Assembly (NCBI RefSeq): GCF_001194135.2
Contig: NC_068993.1
Location: forward strand, 64,056,031-64,095,843
DNA from: Octopus bimaculoides
Taxonomy: Eukaryota
Direction of reading: 5' to 3'
DNA length: 39,813 nt
A program made the translations under genes and the position numbers. This document shows, one piece after another, positions 37,637-39,813 of this stretch. A model generated the notes under the pieces. That model made no database searches. It was not told where the DNA came from and saw nothing but the letters and a program-made list of their open reading frames with translations. Numbering within the stretch: position 1 is the first letter of the stretch; the number at the start of each line of letters is the position of its first letter.

Positions 37637-37786
37637 CAATACGCACACATATCTACGCGCGCGCGCGCGGGTAGATGTGTGTGCGTGTTGATTTTCTTTG
37701 TACCTGTGGTAGAGGTGGGGTTGGTTGTGGTGGTGGAATTGGTTGTGGTATGTATTCCTTTCAAGTTTCCTGCCTGTCGTTTTCAG

Positions 37787-37984
37787 AGCAGTAAAGGAAG
37801 GAATGGTTTCGTGATTTGATATCCGTAAGGAATCTGACCTCGACATTACTATGCTTTGAATCATCAAAAGGATTTTAGGTCCCTTTCTATTTCGATTCAT
37901 CTTATCATCCGCCTACTTTTTGCCCTAGCCAACAGTCTAAGCGTGACTCTTTCCTAGTTTGTTTGTGTAATATTTTCTGATATG
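37787..37984 (+). other. candidate non-coding exon
   Basis: Pyrimidine-rich acceptor ttcctgcctgtcgttttcag| (AG 37785-37786) and donor ATG|GTGAGT (37985-37990); stops in all three frames. Confidence 0.3.
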
Positions 37985-39532
37985 GTGAGTTTCATAATTC
38001 GTCCTGTTTAGTTTCCAAATGTTTCGTCATTTTTACGTCGGTCGCTTTTTAAATCAATCTTTTCTGACACTCACTCTGCAGTGGCAAAGGAAGAGGTTTT
38101 TTTACATACGTTTGGTTGTTATTACTTTTCAGCTCTAACGATGCGACCACCTATTCATTGCGTACATTTCATTATGTACATTATTTACATTATTTTCATT
38201 TGATAAATAATGTAAATAATGTACCAGTGTAAGCAAAATAAAATTGCTTCTGCTAAAAAAGAAGTCAAGCAAAATCGAACCCGGATTAACATGATCTGTT
38301 CGTTAATCTACATTAGACAATATCCAATTTAATGTGTCATTTCTTGCTTAAGATATTACAGGTAGACATCAGATATAAAGCTGAAACTTTTTGTAAGTCG
38401 TGTGCTAACTTATTAAGACCCCCTTATTAGCTTAGCATGAGTAGAATAATATAAAGGCTTGAACTCAGCCACTGCAAATTATTATGTAATATTCATTGAT
38501 ATTACTTTCATCATCGCTATCTACTTAGCATCAGCGAGGAAGAAAAAGTCAAGTTCAGTTCTTGGGCGAAAGTTTAATTACCCGAATGCTTAGAAAAAAC
38601 ACTTAGTTTCAGTGATGCTGAGATCTGAATGAAATAACGTGGGGGGGGGGCATTCTATTCGACTCTCTAGCGATACTGCCAATCCACCACCTGACTACAG
38701 ATGTGTCTGCGTTAGAACGAGGAGTTCTGTTCCCGTACACTGTATATCTCATATTAATATGACATCATTCGTTGAGAGTTGAGTCTATCAATGACAAAAC
38801 AATTACAATGTAGAATGTGTGAGTGCAAATTAATGGCTTCTTATCGAATTGTCTATTGTTTTGCGCTCTCAACACCGTCTACAACTGCATTGTGAAAACG
38901 GTTATAGCTTCGAGGCAAACCCAAAATAGAAAAAATCTTTGATAAAATTAATAGTGCATTAAATAGTATTTATTTTATCGCCGTCCAAGTGATACAATGA
39001 AAACTCGACCTATGTGGAACCAGAACTTGGAACAGTCATTTAGACAGCTACCCTAATGGTTTTACCAACCTATAATTCTTTACTGACGCCTAATAAAAAA
39101 GAATCTTTAGCAAGTTGATATTATCAGGGTATACTGATATTTATTTAACAGTCAATTAACCAATTTTCTTCTGTCACCAATTAACAGTGATTTGACTCAC
39201 ACATCTGTGAGTTAATTAAACAATAAAGATCTTAATTCAGCTGTAATTGTTTAATGAAAACTAGAAACAATGATTATTTTCAATATCCGCTATTGATAAT
39301 AGAAAATAATTCATTATTCTTTATCTTAAATGATTGGCTTCCTTTCACTGAAAAACTTAGAGAGATAAGATTCTCAATAATGACCTGATCATAAGAAAAT
39401 CTACGTCTCGAACGGTTAAAGAAGACTATTTTAATTAACTATTCTCAGGGATGTTGCTACTTTAGCAGAGTCTAATGCTATAAAAATACAACAAATACCT
39501 CATCTATAGAGAGTGAATCTCTTTCTCTCTCT

Positions 39533-39571
<39 letters not shown>

Positions 39572-39813
39572 TAAACCTTGGGAGAGGCATTATGCCGGTA
39601 ATAAACACACGCACTGGTTCAGTCCTTTATTAATTTAATTTATATAGTTTTTTGTTAAATTATTTCATTGCACTCTTGCAATCTCTTCAGTAACTTGTCT
39701 CTCCACTTCCATTTATTTTGAATATATGATCTGGCGTTGTTTTGGCGTTGTTTCGAAACTGTTTGGTATGAGCATGTGAGTGTGTGCAAGTTCGTATGTG
39801 TGCACGCTCATAT

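Overview
AT-rich animal genomic DNA from a draft assembly, with six N-gaps totalling about 3.5 kb. It is dense in simple repeats ((TA)n, (TG)n, (GA)n, (ATAG)n, (ATGT)n, triplets) and decayed interspersed repeats. Composition and SINE types suggest a coleoid cephalopod such as Octopus; this is an inference. No intact protein-coding gene is recognisable, and almost all ORF-track entries are microsatellite or N-gap artefacts. Supportable elements: two decayed Penelope-like retroelement (PLE) fragments (GIY-YIG endonuclease C-terminus on minus, ~15835-16080; N-terminal region of a PLE RT ORF on plus, 24700-25002), a near full-length tRNA-headed SINE with an apparent target-site duplication (13721-14039), a second SINE type (19410-19648), several SINE tail fragments, a Helentron-associated HINE/DINE-like element with a duplicated core (18269-19183), and a possible very old L1/Tx1-type remnant (11082-11900). 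The most gene-like stretch is 26640-27340, with promoter-type motifs, compound triplet repeats and an ATG|GTATGT donor on minus; it may be a first exon. Two long fold-backs (20020-20115, 37501-37636) could form dsRNA. I did not find a convincing novel biological system; the leads below are hypotheses.
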